This document shows, piece after piece, positions 25,289 through 37,980 of a stretch of DNA of 60,000 bases. Origin of the DNA: Mobula hypostoma (lineage: Eukaryota). Both the position numbers and the translations under genes were made by a program. Where the stretch lies: positions 104,472,001-104,532,000 of the forward strand of contig NC_086107.1 in the NCBI RefSeq assembly GCF_963921235.1, given 5' to 3'. How positions within the stretch are numbered: the stretch's first letter is position 1; the number at the start of each line of letters is the position of its first letter. The notes under the pieces were generated by a model, which was not told the DNA's origin, made no database searches, and was given only the letters and a program-made list of their open reading frames with translations.

Positions 25289-28189
25289 TGCTTTGGCTTT
25301 CCAGCATCTGCAGATTTCTCGTGCCTGAGATCCTTAAACATCTCCTTTGTGTCTACCCCCAGCAACCCGTTCCATGCACCCGAGACTTTCTGTGTGACGG
25401 AGCTTGACCCCACGTGTCTCCTTTACCTTTCCCCTACCACGTGAAATGGGACCTCTGGTATTTAACTTTTCTACCTGGCTTTAAAAAAAAGATTCTCTCT
25501 CCCCTGTCTATTGCCTCGGCTCTCTTTAGCTTTACCAGCTGTCCCGTTAGGTTGATGCTCCTGAAAAAACAACCCTAGTTTCTCCAAACTCTCTTTACAG
25601 CTCGTGCCCTCTGACCCAGTCAGCGAAGTCGGACGGGACTTCAGGGTGCGGAGCACAGGGGAAGGTGCAAGCCAGTGTCAGTGATATCCTGAAAGTGAGA
25701 TTGGAGATTGGAGATTGCAGACGACCTGAGAGTTCCCGGTGGCCTGACATGCAGATCTCAGTGTGTTAACAGCTGCGAATTGTGTAGTCAGGGCGGGGCC
25801 GTCTAGAGCCAACCCCCTCCCACCCAACCCCACCGCCATTTTCCCGTCCGCTGCCCCCTGGCAGAAACTCCGCCTGTCCCGACGCGGTGACGCGGCCTCC
25901 ACAGCTCTCAGGGTTGGAGACCCCAGAGATCCACGCAGCTTACTCCGGCTGTGGTCTCAGGGCTGACCGCGGTTGTAGCAGGACTTCCCGCCCGTTACAC
26001 AAGTTCAAGTTTATTGTTGGCTGACTGTAGGTGCATACAGACAAATGAAACAGCTTTCTTCCGGACCACAGTGCACCCAGGCAACAAATATCACACACAG
26101 CCCATAAACCACAATGTTATATTATAAATAAATTAACAAAATATAATTCGAGTAAGATAATAAAATATAACACAAGGGGGCATAGTTTTGAGGTGCTTGT
26201 AAGTAGGTACAGGGGATGTCAGAGGTTAGTTTTTTCACACAGAGAGCGGTGGGTGTGTGGAATACGCTGCCAGTGGTGGTGATAGAGGCGGAGACACTAG
26301 GGTCTTTTCAGAGACTCTTAGATACATTGAGTTTAGTAAAATAGAGGGTTATGCAGTAGGGAAATTCTAGGCAGTTTCTAGAGTAGGTTACATGGTCAGT
26401 ACAACATTGTGGGCCGAAGGGCCTGTAATGTGCTGTAGATTTCTGAAACAAAAATAATTCTGTACACTATAGAACATAGGACAGCCGACCGTTTAGATCA
26501 AACTAACTCTTCCCTCCCTCTAGCCCTCCATGTGTCCGTCTGCTGTTGTTGTTCCTTTTCGCGCCCTGTGGCGCATCAGGTGGCACTTTTGCCATCTTCT
26601 TGGTGTTTGCCTGTTTCTATGAGGTCAAGTTGCTAGCCCGATGCCCAGCCCAGCACGGATGGAAAGTGTGCAAGGAGCCGGCCGGATTCGAACCCGGGAT
26701 CATTTGCCTCGAAGTCCGGTGCTGATGCCGCGACATCAGCGGCCGGCGAATGTGCCTGTGCCTATTTCAGAGTCTCTTAAATGCCCTTAATGTATCTGCC
26801 TCCACCACCATGCCTGGTAATGCATTCCAGGTATTCACTACTCTGTGTATATAAAAAAAACCTCTAACATAATTTCCCCCCCCCCCCCGCCTTACTTTTC
26901 CCTCTTTATTAACCATTTCTGCCCTGGTAATCTACTCTATCAGTACCTCTGTACCCCTTCTCAATTTATAGTCAAGTCACCTCTCTCATCCTCCTTGGCT
27001 TTGAAGAGAAAAGCCCTGATTTGCTTATAAAGGCCTGACAAAGACCAACTTTCCATTTGCCTTCCTGATGACTCACTGTGCCGATCCGCGGACTCGGTTT
27101 CAAGTACACGGACATTTTGCAATTGTTGTCCATCCTTTGCGTTTGTAGTCTTCCCGCCGGCGTGGAGAACCTCGCATTTATATGGGACGCAGATCAGTAC
27201 GGCACAGGAACAGTTTCGGGAGCAGTTTGGGGCCCTTTATCGGGGAAGAGATGTGCTGGCGTTGGGAAGGGCCCAGAAAAGGTTCACAAGAATGATCCGG
27301 AGATGGACAGGTTTGACGTACCGGGAGTGTTTAATGGCTTAGAGCAGGGATGAGGAGGAATTTCTTTAGCCAGAGCGTAGTGAAGAAAAGGAAGAGAGGC
27401 GACTTTGGAAGTGTCAGCAAACTGGAGCGCGCAGGAGGAAACCCTCACCGTCACAGGGAGAAGGTGCGAGTTCCAGATTCGCAGCCGGGTCTCTGGGGCC
27501 GTGGGGCAGCGGCTCTCCCCGCCGCGCCAGCGCTCTGTCTGTATCTGGGACGGAGGCGCATGGCATCGCAGGAGACTAACGGGCAGTTTCTGAGCCTTGT
27601 TTGTAAACAGCGCACAACGTGTGCCAGCGGGCCCTGTAAACAGTGAGGGCTAATTGGTTACCCGGTTCACCGAACTGTGATGGCTCCAGGTCAATCATTA
27701 AGGTAGCGGTCTGGGAGAGCGGAGAGTGGGGAACGAGGTCACTATTAACCCGGAGGAACTGCTGACTGATCAGCACCCGCAGTAACCATTAACACTGGCA
27801 CTTGGCCACGTCTCGACAGGGCAGGGTGCACGATGTTCCAGCGAGTTCACCTGTCCCGGGTAATTCCTAACGCACAGCCCCTCCCCGAAAACCGAGGGAC
27901 AGGGTTCCGTGGTTGGATGTTGGGGGAGGGTGAACAAAAGATGATGAGGGAGTGGGATTGAGGGGCGAGGGGAGTGGGTTTGAGCGATGTGGAGTGGGGG
28001 AGATGAGAGGGTGGGAAGGATAAGGAGTGGGGACGAGGGATGAGGAAGCAGGGTGAGGGGTCGCAGGGAAGCACAAGAGTGATCCTCGGAGTGAAAGGGT
28101 TAACGTGCAAGGACCATCCAATGGGTCTGAGGCTGTGCTCGCCGCAGTTTAGAAGAGCCGGTACCTCGCTGAAACTCGGTGAATACTGA

Positions 28190-29035
28190 AACTCGAGAAA
28201 ATCTGCGGATGCTGGAAATCCAAAGGAACACACACAGAACGCTGGGGGAACTCAGCAGGTCGGGCAGCGTCTGTGGAAAAGAGTCAACAATCGGCGTTTC
28301 GGGCCGAGACCCTTCAGCAGGACTGGGAAAAAAAGATGAGAATTTCGAGCAAGAAGTTGGGGGGGGGGGAAGAAGTGGTAGGTGATAGGTGAAACCAGCA
28401 GAGGTGAAGTAAAGGGCTGGGAAGTTGATAGGTGAGAGAGATAAAGGGCTGGAGAAGGAGAAGGTAGAAAACCATGGAAGAAAGGGAAGGGTAGGTAAGA
28501 TGAGAAAGGGGAATGGGAATGGGGGAATGGTGTACCGGAGGACAGTTACCAAAAGTTTGAGAAATTGATGTTCATGCCATCAGATTGGAGGCTACCCAAA
28601 CGGAATACAAGGTGTTGCTCCTCCAACTTGAGTGTGGCCTCATCGCGACAATAGTGGAGGCCGTGGACTGACATGACAGAATGGGAATGGGAAGTAGAAT
28701 TGAGCGGTCACCAGGAGATGCCACTTTTCCTGACGGACAGAGTGGATGCTTGGCGAAGTGGTCTCACCGATGTACAGGAGGCCACACCGGGAGCACCGGA
28801 CACGATATACCACCCCAGCAGACTCACAGGTGAAGTGTCGACTCTGCTGGAAGGGCTGTTTGGGGCCCTGGATGGCAGTGAAGGGGGAGGTGTGGCACTT
28901 GTTCTGCTTGCAAGGATAAGTACCAGGAGGGAGATTAGTGGGAAGAGACAAATGGACAAGGGAGTCACATAGGGAGCGATCCCTGTGGAGAGGAATGGAG
29001 GGCAAGGAAGCAGGGTGGTATAACAGCAGGTGTAG
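28190..29035 (-). mobile_element. Penelope-like element 3' remnant: GIY-YIG endonuclease fragment plus terminal repeat with degenerate hammerhead motif
   Basis: ORF 28640-29041 reads PGTYPCKQNKC...FTCESAGVVYRVRCSRCGLLYIGET (PLE GIY-YIG with Cys motif). Downstream on the same strand is CTGCTGAAGGGTCTCGGCCCGAAACGCC (28293-28320). Confidence 0.8.
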
Positions 29036-29050
29036 AGCCACACCACCTTC

Positions 29051-29508
29051 ATAGTCATACTTTATTGATCCCAGGGGAAATTGGTTTTCATTACAGTTGC
29101 ACCATAAATAATAAATAGTAATAGAACCATAAATAGTTAAATAGTAATATGTAAATTATGCCAGTAAATTATGAAATAAGTCCAGGACCAGCCTATTGGC
29201 TCAGGGTGTCTGACCCTCCAAGGGAGGAGTTGTAAAGTTTGATGGCCACAGGCAGGAATGACTTCCTATGACGCTCTGTGCTGCATCTCGGTGGAATGAG
29301 TCTCTGGCTGAATGTACTCCTGTGCCCACCCAGTACATAATGTAGTGGATGGGAGACATTGACCAAGATGGCATACAACTTAGACAGCATCCTCTTTTCA
29401 GACACCACCGTCAGAGAGTCCAGTTCCATCCCCACAACATCACTGGCCTTACGAATGAGTTTGTTGATTCTGTTGGTGTCTGCTACCCTCAGTCTGCTGC
29501 CCCAGCAC
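29051..29508 (-). mobile_element. Rex1/Babar-like LINE, 3' part (split by CR1 insertion)
   Basis: WGSRLRVADTNRINKLIRKAS...HPLH...RCSTERHRKSFLPVAIKLYN; continues the frame of 31042-31310. Confidence 0.8.
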
Positions 29509-29509
29509 A

Positions 29510-31041
29510 TCATAGAACCATAGAACCATAGAAACTACAGCACAGAAACAGGCCCTTTGGCCCTTCTTGGCTGTGCCGAACCATTTTCTGCCTAGTCCCA
29601 CTGACCTGCACACGGACCATATCCGTCCATACACTTCCCATCCATGTATCTGTCCAATTTATTCTTAAATGTTAAAAAAGAACCCGCATTTACCACCTCG
29701 TCTGGCAGCTCATTCCATACTCCCACCACTCTCTGTGTGAAGAAGCCCCCCTAATGTTCCCTTTAAACTTTTCCTCCCTCACCCTTAACCCATGTCCTCT
29801 GGTTTTTTTCTCCCCTTGCCTCAGTGGAAAAAGCCTGCTTGCATTCATTCTATCTATACCCATCATAATTTTATATACCTCTATCAAATCTCCCCTCATT
29901 CTTCTACGCTCCAGGGAATAAAGTCCTAACCTATTCAACCTTTCTCTGTAACTGAGTTTCTCAAGTCCCGGCAACATCCTTGTAAACCTTCTCTGCACTC
30001 TTTCAACCTTATTCATATCCTTCCTGTAATTTGGTGACCAAAACTGAACACAATACTCCAGATTCGGCCTCCCCAATGCCTTATACAACCTCATCATAAC
30101 ATTCCAGCTCTTATACTCAATACTTCGATTAATAAAGGCCAATGTACCAAAAGCTCTCTTTACGACCCTATCTACCTGTGACAACACTTTTAGGGAATTT
30201 TGTATCTGTATTCCCAGATCCCTCTGTTCCACTGCACTCCTCAGTGCCTTACCATTAACCCTGTATGTTCTACGTTGGTTTGTCCTTCCAACATGCAATA
30301 CCTCACACTTGTCAGTATTAAACTCCATCTGCCATTTTTCAGCCCATTTTTCCAGCTGGTCCAAGTTCCTCTGCAGGCTCTGAAAACCTTCCTCACTGTC
30401 TACTGCACCTCCAATCTTTGTATCATCAGCAAACTTGCTGATCCAATTTACCACATTATCATCCAGATCATTGATATAGATGACAAATAACAATGGACCC
30501 AGCACTGATCCCTGTGGCACACCACTAGTCACAGGCCTCCATTCAGAGAAGCAATTTTCTACCACCACTCTCTGGCTTCTTCCATTGAGCCAATGTCCAA
30601 TCCAATTTACCACCTCTCCATGTATACCTAGCGACTGAATTTTCCTAACTAACCTCCCATGCAGGACCTTGTCAAAGGCCTTTCTGAAGTCCATGTAGAC
30701 AATATCCACTGCCTTCCCTTCATCCACTTTCCTGGTAACCTCCTCGAAAAACTCCAAACAGATTGGTCAAACATGACCTACCACGCACAAAGCCATGTTG
30801 ACTCTCCCTAATAAGCCCCTGTCCATCCAAATGCTTGTAGATTCTGTCTCTTAGTACTCCCTCCAATAACTTACCTACTACTGACGTTAAACTCACCGGC
30901 CTATAATTTCCCAGATTACTTTTCGATCCTTTTTTAAACAACGGAACAACATGAGCCACTCTCCAATCCTCCGGCACTTCACCCGTAGACAGCGACATTT
31001 TAAATATTTCTGCCAGAGCCCCCGCAATTTCAACACTAGTC
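29510..31041 (-). mobile_element. CR1 LINE, 5'-truncated, RT domain with frameshifts
   Basis: ORFs 30720-31064 and 29690-30757 (NYRPVSLTS, QHGF, DFRKAFDKV, GVPQGSVLGP, FADD). 3' octamer tail (CATAGAAC)n on + at 29511-29533. Confidence 0.95.
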
Positions 31042-31310
31042 TCCTTCAAGGTCCGAGGGAACACACAACAGCAAACATGATAGCACTGGCCACCACAGAC
31101 TCGTAGAACACCCTCAGCATCGTCCGGCAGATGTTAAAGGACCTCAGTCTCCTTAGGAAATAGAGGCGGCTCTGATCCTTCTTGTAGACAGCCTCAGTGT
31201 TCTTAGACCAGTCCAGTTTATTGTCAATTCGTATCCCCGGGTATTTGTAATCCTCCACCATGTCCACACTGAGCCCCTGGGTGGAAACAGGGGTCACTGG
31301 TGTCTTAGCT
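31042..31310 (-). mobile_element. Rex1/Babar-like LINE, 5' part (split by CR1 insertion)
   Basis: YKYPGIRIDNKLDWSKNT...SRLYFLRRLRSFNIC...FYESVVASAIMFAVVC. Confidence 0.8.
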
Positions 31311-31344
31311 TCCTTGGTGTACCTGGGTTCTGATGTATTCTGCC

Positions 31345-32305
31345 TGAAGTTTACTGACCAGTGGTGTTCCACAGGGATCTGTTCTGGGACACCTACACTT
31401 TATGATTTTCAAAAAGTGACTTGAACAAGGAAGTGGAAGGCTGGGTGAGTAAGTTTGCAGAAGGCGTGAAGGCGGTGGAGTTGTGGGTAGTGTAGGTTAT
31501 TGCGGGTTACAGTGGGACATAGAGGGCAGAGCTGGGCTGAGAAGTGGTGGTCAGAGTTGAATTGGAAAAGATTGAAGTGATTCACTTCCAAAGATCAAAC
31601 TTTAAGACAGAGCACAGGGTTAATGGCAGGATTCTTAGCATTGTGGAATAACAAAGAGATCAAGCCGGAGAATTGCTGTGCAGGTTGATAGGGTGGTTAA
31701 GAAGGTATAATAGGTGTTGACATTCATTAGTCGAGGGATTGAGTTCAAGAGCCACAAAGCAATGCTGCCGCTCTATAAAACTCTGGTTGGACCAGACTTG
31801 GAGAATTGTGTTCAGTTCTGATCGCCTCATTATAGGAAGGATGTAGAAACTTTAGAGGCTGCAGAGGAGATTTCCCAAGGTGTTACTCACGGGTTAGAGA
31901 ACATGTCCTGTGAGGAACGGTTGAACGCACTAGGGCTTTTCTCTTCGGAGCAAAGGAAGATAAGGGGTGACCTGACAGAGGTGTATAAGATTATAAGAGG
32001 CATGGATCGAGTGGACAGCTAACACCTTTATCCCTGGGCAGCAATGGCCAGTACCGGAGGAAATCCTTTTATGGTGAGTGGCGGAAAGTTTAGGAGAGGT
32101 ATCCAAGGTAGGTTTTTTTTTTCCACACATTGAGTGGCGAGTTTCTGGTGGTTGACGCTGATTTGTTAGGGTTATTTTTGAGATTCTTAGATGAAAGAAA
32201 TAAGTAAGGTTATGTGCTCTGTAGGATGAAGGGACTATATTGATCATGGAATAGGTTTGTATAAGTTGGCACAGCACTTTGCTGTACTGTTCTATGTTCT
32301 GTCTA
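31345..32305 (+). mobile_element. Decayed CR1 LINE fragment
   Basis: GGTGTTCCACAGGGATCTGTTCTGGG (GVPQGSVLG) followed by degenerate CR1 ORF2 end and 3' UTR. Confidence 0.75.
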
Positions 32306-33574
32306 TCTTGGGAGACACATAGACCGCAGATTCTGGAATCTGGACCAACAAACAGCTGGAGGAACACACACAAAATGGCACAGAAACTCAGCAGGCCAGG
32401 CAGCATCTGAGGAAAAGAGTAAACAGTTGGTGTTTCGGGCCGAGACCTTTCGTCAGGACAGCTGGAGGAACTCGGCAGGCCAGGCGGCGTCCGTGGATGA
32501 AAACCGACAATCGACGTTTTAGGTCAAGCTCTTCCTCTGGATGGTTGGAGGGCTGACTCTCCAGTTCCCTGCCTGCTGACCAACTGAGTTCCTCCGGCTT
32601 TGCGTTTTTAGCTCCAGTCGGCTCGGGCGCAATTTCCGCGCGGCGGCTGAGGGTCACGGACAGAGCGTGGTCACGGCTGGTTTGCCGGTGCTCACTGCCC
32701 AATATGAGCAGCAGAACCGGAAGCAGAAGACGCCTGGGATACTCAGCAAGGCAGGCAGCGTCTGTGGAGAGGAAGCAATATTGTGGGCATCGGAAAGGTC
32801 ATTAAATCTGCTTCTCTCTGCTGACACCCTGCCTGAGTTTCCCAGCATTTTCTGTTTCCATTTCAGATTTCCCTGCATCTGCAGTTTATTTACGTAGTGA
32901 TACAGCACAGAATAAACCCTCCTGGCCCTTCGAGCCACACCACCCCAGCAATCCCACAAACCCAATTATCCCTAACCTAATCGAGGGACAATTTACAATG
33001 TGCGATTAACCTCCCCGGTACATCTTTGGACTGTGGGAGGAAACCAGAACTCCGGGGGAAAATCCACGCATTCCACAGGGAGGAGACTCCTTACGGACGG
33101 CACCAGATTTGAACTCCGAACTCTGGAATGCCCCGAGCTACAATAGCGTCAAGCTAACCGCTACGTGAGCTGGTTCGACCGGTCACTGACCAGTGTAAGT
33201 GGTTTGTTCCCGCTGACTGGCCACCAAATGATATAACTAAATGGTTTGCAGCTGATTAACGGATGGATAAATCGGACAGAACTGTCTCTACACTTGCTGT
33301 ACAGCGTGAGACCTTGTTGCCCACAGGGTCTGATGGTTGAGTGACAACTTCCGAATGGTTGAAGTATTGAGGGCTTTATGTTGGTGATCTTCACAGAGTG
33401 TTGATTCCCGTCCCTGTCCTCCAGTGACACCAAGTTTTGACCTTACCTGTGTTGCACCCTACGCTGACTTCTGGCTGGCAACTCCTGTGCTGGGCTCTCA
33501 AAGTTCAATCGCTTGAGGGCTTTGCTCAAGCGGCCACTTCACACGTATCCACGGGCTACGAGGGACAATAGGAG

Positions 33575-33960
33575 ACGTGTCCCATAAGATGTTCATTAAG
33601 AGTTTGAGGAGAATGTCACCAAAAGACTCTAGCAAATTTCTACAGATGGACAGTGGAGAGCATCCTGACCGGCTGCAACACCGTCTGGTGAGGTGCCAAT
33701 GCCCAGGGTTGAAAGAGGCTGCAGATCCAACGGGGGCCCTTACCACCATCGAGGACATCTTCAAAAGGTGGCGCCTGAAGAAAGCGGCATTCATCAGTAA
33801 AGACCCTCGCCAGCCAGGTCAACCCCTCTTCTCATTACAGTCATCAGAGAGCAGTTACCTGAAGATCCACATTCAATGGTTTAGGAACAGCTTCTACCCC
33901 TCTGCCATCAGATTTCTGAACAGTAGATGAAATCTGCCCTGTTATTTCTCTTTTTCACAA
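33575..33960 (+). mobile_element. Rex1/Babar-like LINE 3' fragment
   Basis: LTTIEDIFKRWRLKKAAFISKDP..PG..LFSL...FRNSFYPSAIRFLN. Confidence 0.65.
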
Positions 33961-34459
33961 TCTATTATTTTAATTGTAACTTTTTTGTTCATAATTAGAA
34001 GAGAAAGAAGGTTCGGAGTGATCAAGGTGATACAGTTTTGCTAAACTGCAGTCATTAGTGTCGTGCTGCTTGGTTCAAGAACTGAATGGTTGAAGGGAAG
34101 CAGCTGTTCTCAAATCTGGTGGTGTGGGACGTCACACCTCTGTACCTCCTGCTTGTGAGAAGATGGAGATGAAGATAGCCTGTGGGGATTTTTGAAGATG
34201 ATCTTTGATGCCTTCTCGAGGCAGCACCTCCTGCAGATAGATACTGCCGATGGTGGGGAGGGATGTGCCCGTGATCCCTGCAGCTTCTTGTCCCCGAGCA
34301 CTCACGTTGTCATACCAGACTCTGATACAACTCGTCAGGAAACTTTCAACAACATCTGTGGAAGTTTGTCAGTGACATGTTGAACCTCCTAAGAAAGTAA
34401 AGGCACTGGCGAGCCTTCCTTACGATTGCATTTACGTGCGGGGCTCCATCACTGGGTCG

Positions 34460-35760
34460 GAGGTCAGTGACTCATGGTGTTTCGCAGGGATCTGTCCTCT
34501 CTCTTTGTGACTTGGATGAGGAAGGGGAAGAGCGGCTGAGGAAGGTGCCACAAAGGGGGTGTCATGTGGACAGTGTAGAAGTTTGTCGTAGGTTACAACA
34601 GGACATTGGTAGGATACAGAGCTGGGCTGAGAAGTGGAAGCTGGAGTTCAATCCAGAGAAGTGTGAAGTGATATACTTTGGAACGCTGGACTTGAAGGCA
34701 GAATACAGGGTGAGAGACAGGATTCTTCGCAGTGTGTAGAAACAGTGGGATCTTCAAATCCGTATCCATAGATTCCCCTGAAGTTGCTGTGCAAATTAGT
34801 AAGGTGTTGTGGTGTGGTGGAATTCATTAGTTGGCAAATTGTGTTCAAGCGCCACGAGGTAATTCTGCAGCTCTATAAATCTCTGATTAGACCACACTTG
34901 GAGTATTATGTTCAGTTTTGGTTGCCTCAGTTCAGTTTGGTGCTGCTGTTGCTGTTTTCTTTTGCGAGGGAGGGTGTCGGGGGCCTGGGATTTTTGGTGG
35001 TCTGGCTGCCATCTTACAGGTGGGCAATCTGTTGGTTCTTGTGCAAGGGAGGGGTTTGGTGTTCTAGCTGCCATTTTCTGTGTGGGCGATCTGTTTTTTT
35101 TTGTGGGAGGGAGGAGGTGGGGGGGTTTGGGATATGCAAGTTTAGTTTCTTTTTCCTTTTCATGCAGGGAGGGGAGTTGATGTCTTTCCTATCAATGACC
35201 CCCATGGTTTTTTCTGTATTTCGTGGCTATCTGGAGAAGGCGAATATCAGAGTTAGACTGTACACGCATGCTTTAACAATAAAGTGAACCTTTCAACTTT
35301 TTTTTACATTATAGGAAGAATATGGCAGATTTAGGGAGGGTGCAGAGGAGATTTACCTGGATGCTGCCTGCTTTAGAGAACATGTTTCATGAAGATAGGT
35401 TGAGCGAGCTAGGCCTTTTTTCTCTGGAGTGAAAGAGAATGAGAGGCGACCTGATAGAGGTGTATAAAATTATTAGAAGCATAGATAGAGTGGACAGCCA
35501 AAGCCTTTATCCCAGGGTGGTAATACCTAATCCTTTTAAGGTGAGAGGAGGAAATTTTAGGGAGATATCGAGGGTGATTTTTTAACATCATGTTAAATGT
35601 GTGGAATGTGCTGCCAAGGGTGGTGGTAGGGGCAGGCCCATGAGGGATTATTAGAGACTCTTAGGCACATGGATGAAAGAGAAAATGGAAGGCCATGTTG
35701 GAGGGAAGGGTTAGATTGATCTTGGTTACAGTGTCGGCACAACATTGTGGGCCAAATGGC
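34460..35760 (+). mobile_element. Decayed CR1 LINE fragment with an internal insertion (~34930-35300)
   Basis: GVSQGSVL...WAEKWKLEFNPEKCEV...LQLYKSLIRPHLEYYVQFWLP; CR1 sequence resumes at ~35305. Confidence 0.7.
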
Positions 35761-36475
35761 CAGTACCAGGTAGCGGATACAGCCCAGTCCATCACGGGTA
35801 ACACCCTCCCCGCCATCCAGCACATCTACCCGGAGCGCTGCCTCAGGACAGCAGTGTCCAACATCAGGGACTCCCATCACCCATCAGGAAGGAGGTACAG
35901 GAGCCTCAGGACCCACACCACCAGGTTCAGGAGCAGTTATCACCCCTCAACTCTCAGGCTCGAGCCAGAGAGGATAACTTCACTCACTCCACCACTGACC
36001 TGTTCCCACAACCTACGGACTCACTTCTCCATCTCATGTTCTTCATGTTTGTTTGTTTGCTTATTTACTCTTTTGTGTTTTACACATTGGTTGTTTGTCC
36101 GTCCTGTTGTGTCTCACAACCAAGGGAAGATCTGAAGATGCTGGAAATCAGAGCAACACACACAAAATGCTGGGGGACTCTGCAATTTACCCAAAACTCT
36201 CTCCATAGACGCTGCCTGGCCTGCTGAGTTCCTCCAGCATTGTGTGTGCGTGTTGTTGGGTGAGGCCCTTCACTGATTCCATTATGGGTCTTGAATTTAC
36301 TGAGTATGCCCGCAAGAAAACGAACCTCTGTTGGCATAGGTGTACTTTGTTAATAATATTTACTTTGAGCGTTGAAGAATACGGAGCGGTACTGCTCTGT
36401 GTTCGGTGTGATGCTGGCCAGCCCGTGGGCATCACGGAGACAGTTCTCAAGCGCTTGTGTTGTGTGTTGGAACAG

Positions 36476-37529
36476 GCAATACCTGGTGACGACCCAGTCC
36501 GGCCACGTGTACGAGTGTCTGATCGACGGATACCCGATATCGTCTGTCAACCCCGGACGCTCCACGCCGATCGGCAGCAGCCGGCAGCGGGTGCCCAGCG
36601 AGGCGGGTCTGGGGCAGGGGGAGCAAGTGGGCGGCTGGTCGGGGGAGGAGAGAGGGTGGCAGCCGGTGCCCGCGGCAGCCAGCCCCAGCCCGGAGGTCGG
36701 CCGCCGCCGATCCATCACCTCCTACCGGTCGAACTCCCTCCCGGCCACTTCCGAGACCCCCCGGTACCAGGTCCTGCACCGGACACTCACGCCCGATGAC
36801 CGGTACACGATCCTGTTGGCGGGGCAGCGCGGCCGACGCTCAGCAGGCGGCCCGTCCGAGAGGACATCCCGGGGCTCGCTGGAGCGCTCGGCCTCCCCCC
36901 TGTCTCCGCCGGCCTCCCTGAGTCCCCTGCCCGGGTGGTCGGCGAGGGGCCGGGACACTCTGGAGGTGGTGGAGGCCAGCTCTCCGGACGAGTTCTACCA
37001 CTCCGCCCTGTCTCACTCCTCCCACCGATCCGTGACCAGGCCTCACACCCCCGTGGGGAGGATCGATGTGCTGCCGTCCCAGCTGCCGGTGGGAAACGGC
37101 TACCTCCAGATCCCGCAGCTGATGGCAGGAACCCTCAAACCCCCGCCCTCGCCCGCCGGGGACCGTCCCTGGGACCACTACATGGCCGCCTCTCCCGCCA
37201 GCGTCCGGGGACAAGCCCAGAGCAGACACCCCTCGAGGCCCCAGACTCCGGCCGGCCGGTTCGACGTGCTGCCCAGCGAGGACCACTTCGCCTTCCCCTC
37301 GGGAAGACCTCACAGCGCATTCAGGAGCCAGCAGAGGTCCCCAGGGCCGGTGGATAGGATGACCCTGGGGGCTCCAGAGGAGCGGGACCATGAAGGTCTG
37401 ACGGCCACCTTGCCCAGCCGGTGTTACAGACCCAGCCCGAGGCCGCTCTACAGATCCCACAGCCCCGTGGACAGAGCCGCCATTCTGCCCAGGGACCACT
37501 CCAGCGACAGGTCTCTGTGTCGACTCCGG
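36476..37529 (+). CDS. PLEKHA4: PLEKHA4-like large Pro/Ser/Arg-rich exon
   Basis: AACAG| acceptor in phase 2, CGG|GTAAGG donor, 1054 nt open frame (ORF 36372-37541). Contains RPHTPVGRIDV, similar to the PLEKHA4 RPHTPxxRIDV motif. Confidence 0.85.
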
Positions 37530-37679
37530 GTAAGGAAGTAGATGAATCGTTCGTCACGAGTTTAGAATTTGCTTAGACTCAGCTCATCACCTACTGAATA
37601 AATCACCATTTCTCTCTCCTTCTCTCTGTCATCGTCTGTCTGTCCCTCTCTGTCTCCCTTCTTCACCCCAACCCCTACG

Positions 37680-37980
37680 ATTCCATCTCTCTCTCCCCCT
37701 CTCTTCCTCTCTCTCTCTCTCTCTCCCTTCTCTTCCTCTCTCTCTCCCCCTCTCTTCCTCTCTCTCTCCCTCTCTCTTCCTCTCTCTCTCCCCCTCTCTT
37801 CCTCTCTCTCTCCCTCTCTCTCTTCCTCTCTCCTCTCTCTCTCCCTTCTCTTCCTCTCTCTCTCCCACTCTCTTCCTCTCTCTCTCTCTCCCCTCTCTTC
37901 CTCTCTCCTCCTCTCTCTCTCCCTCTCTTCCTCCCCCTCCCCTCTCTCCCCCCCCTCTCTCTCTCTCTCTCACTCTCCCT
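37680..37980. repeat. CT-rich low-complexity / (CT)n tract
   Basis: Direct observation. Confidence 0.9.

Noticed and set aside
26670..26750. tRNA-like sequence on the minus strand (also 15857-15912, 40681-40740, 51854-51912)
   Set aside because: A and B boxes are present but the cloverleaf is incomplete and SINE body sequence follows; these are SINE heads, not tRNA genes.
29690..30757. 355-aa reverse transcriptase ORF as a host gene or active element
   Set aside because: It is a 5'-truncated, frameshifted CR1 copy lacking the endonuclease domain and ORF1.
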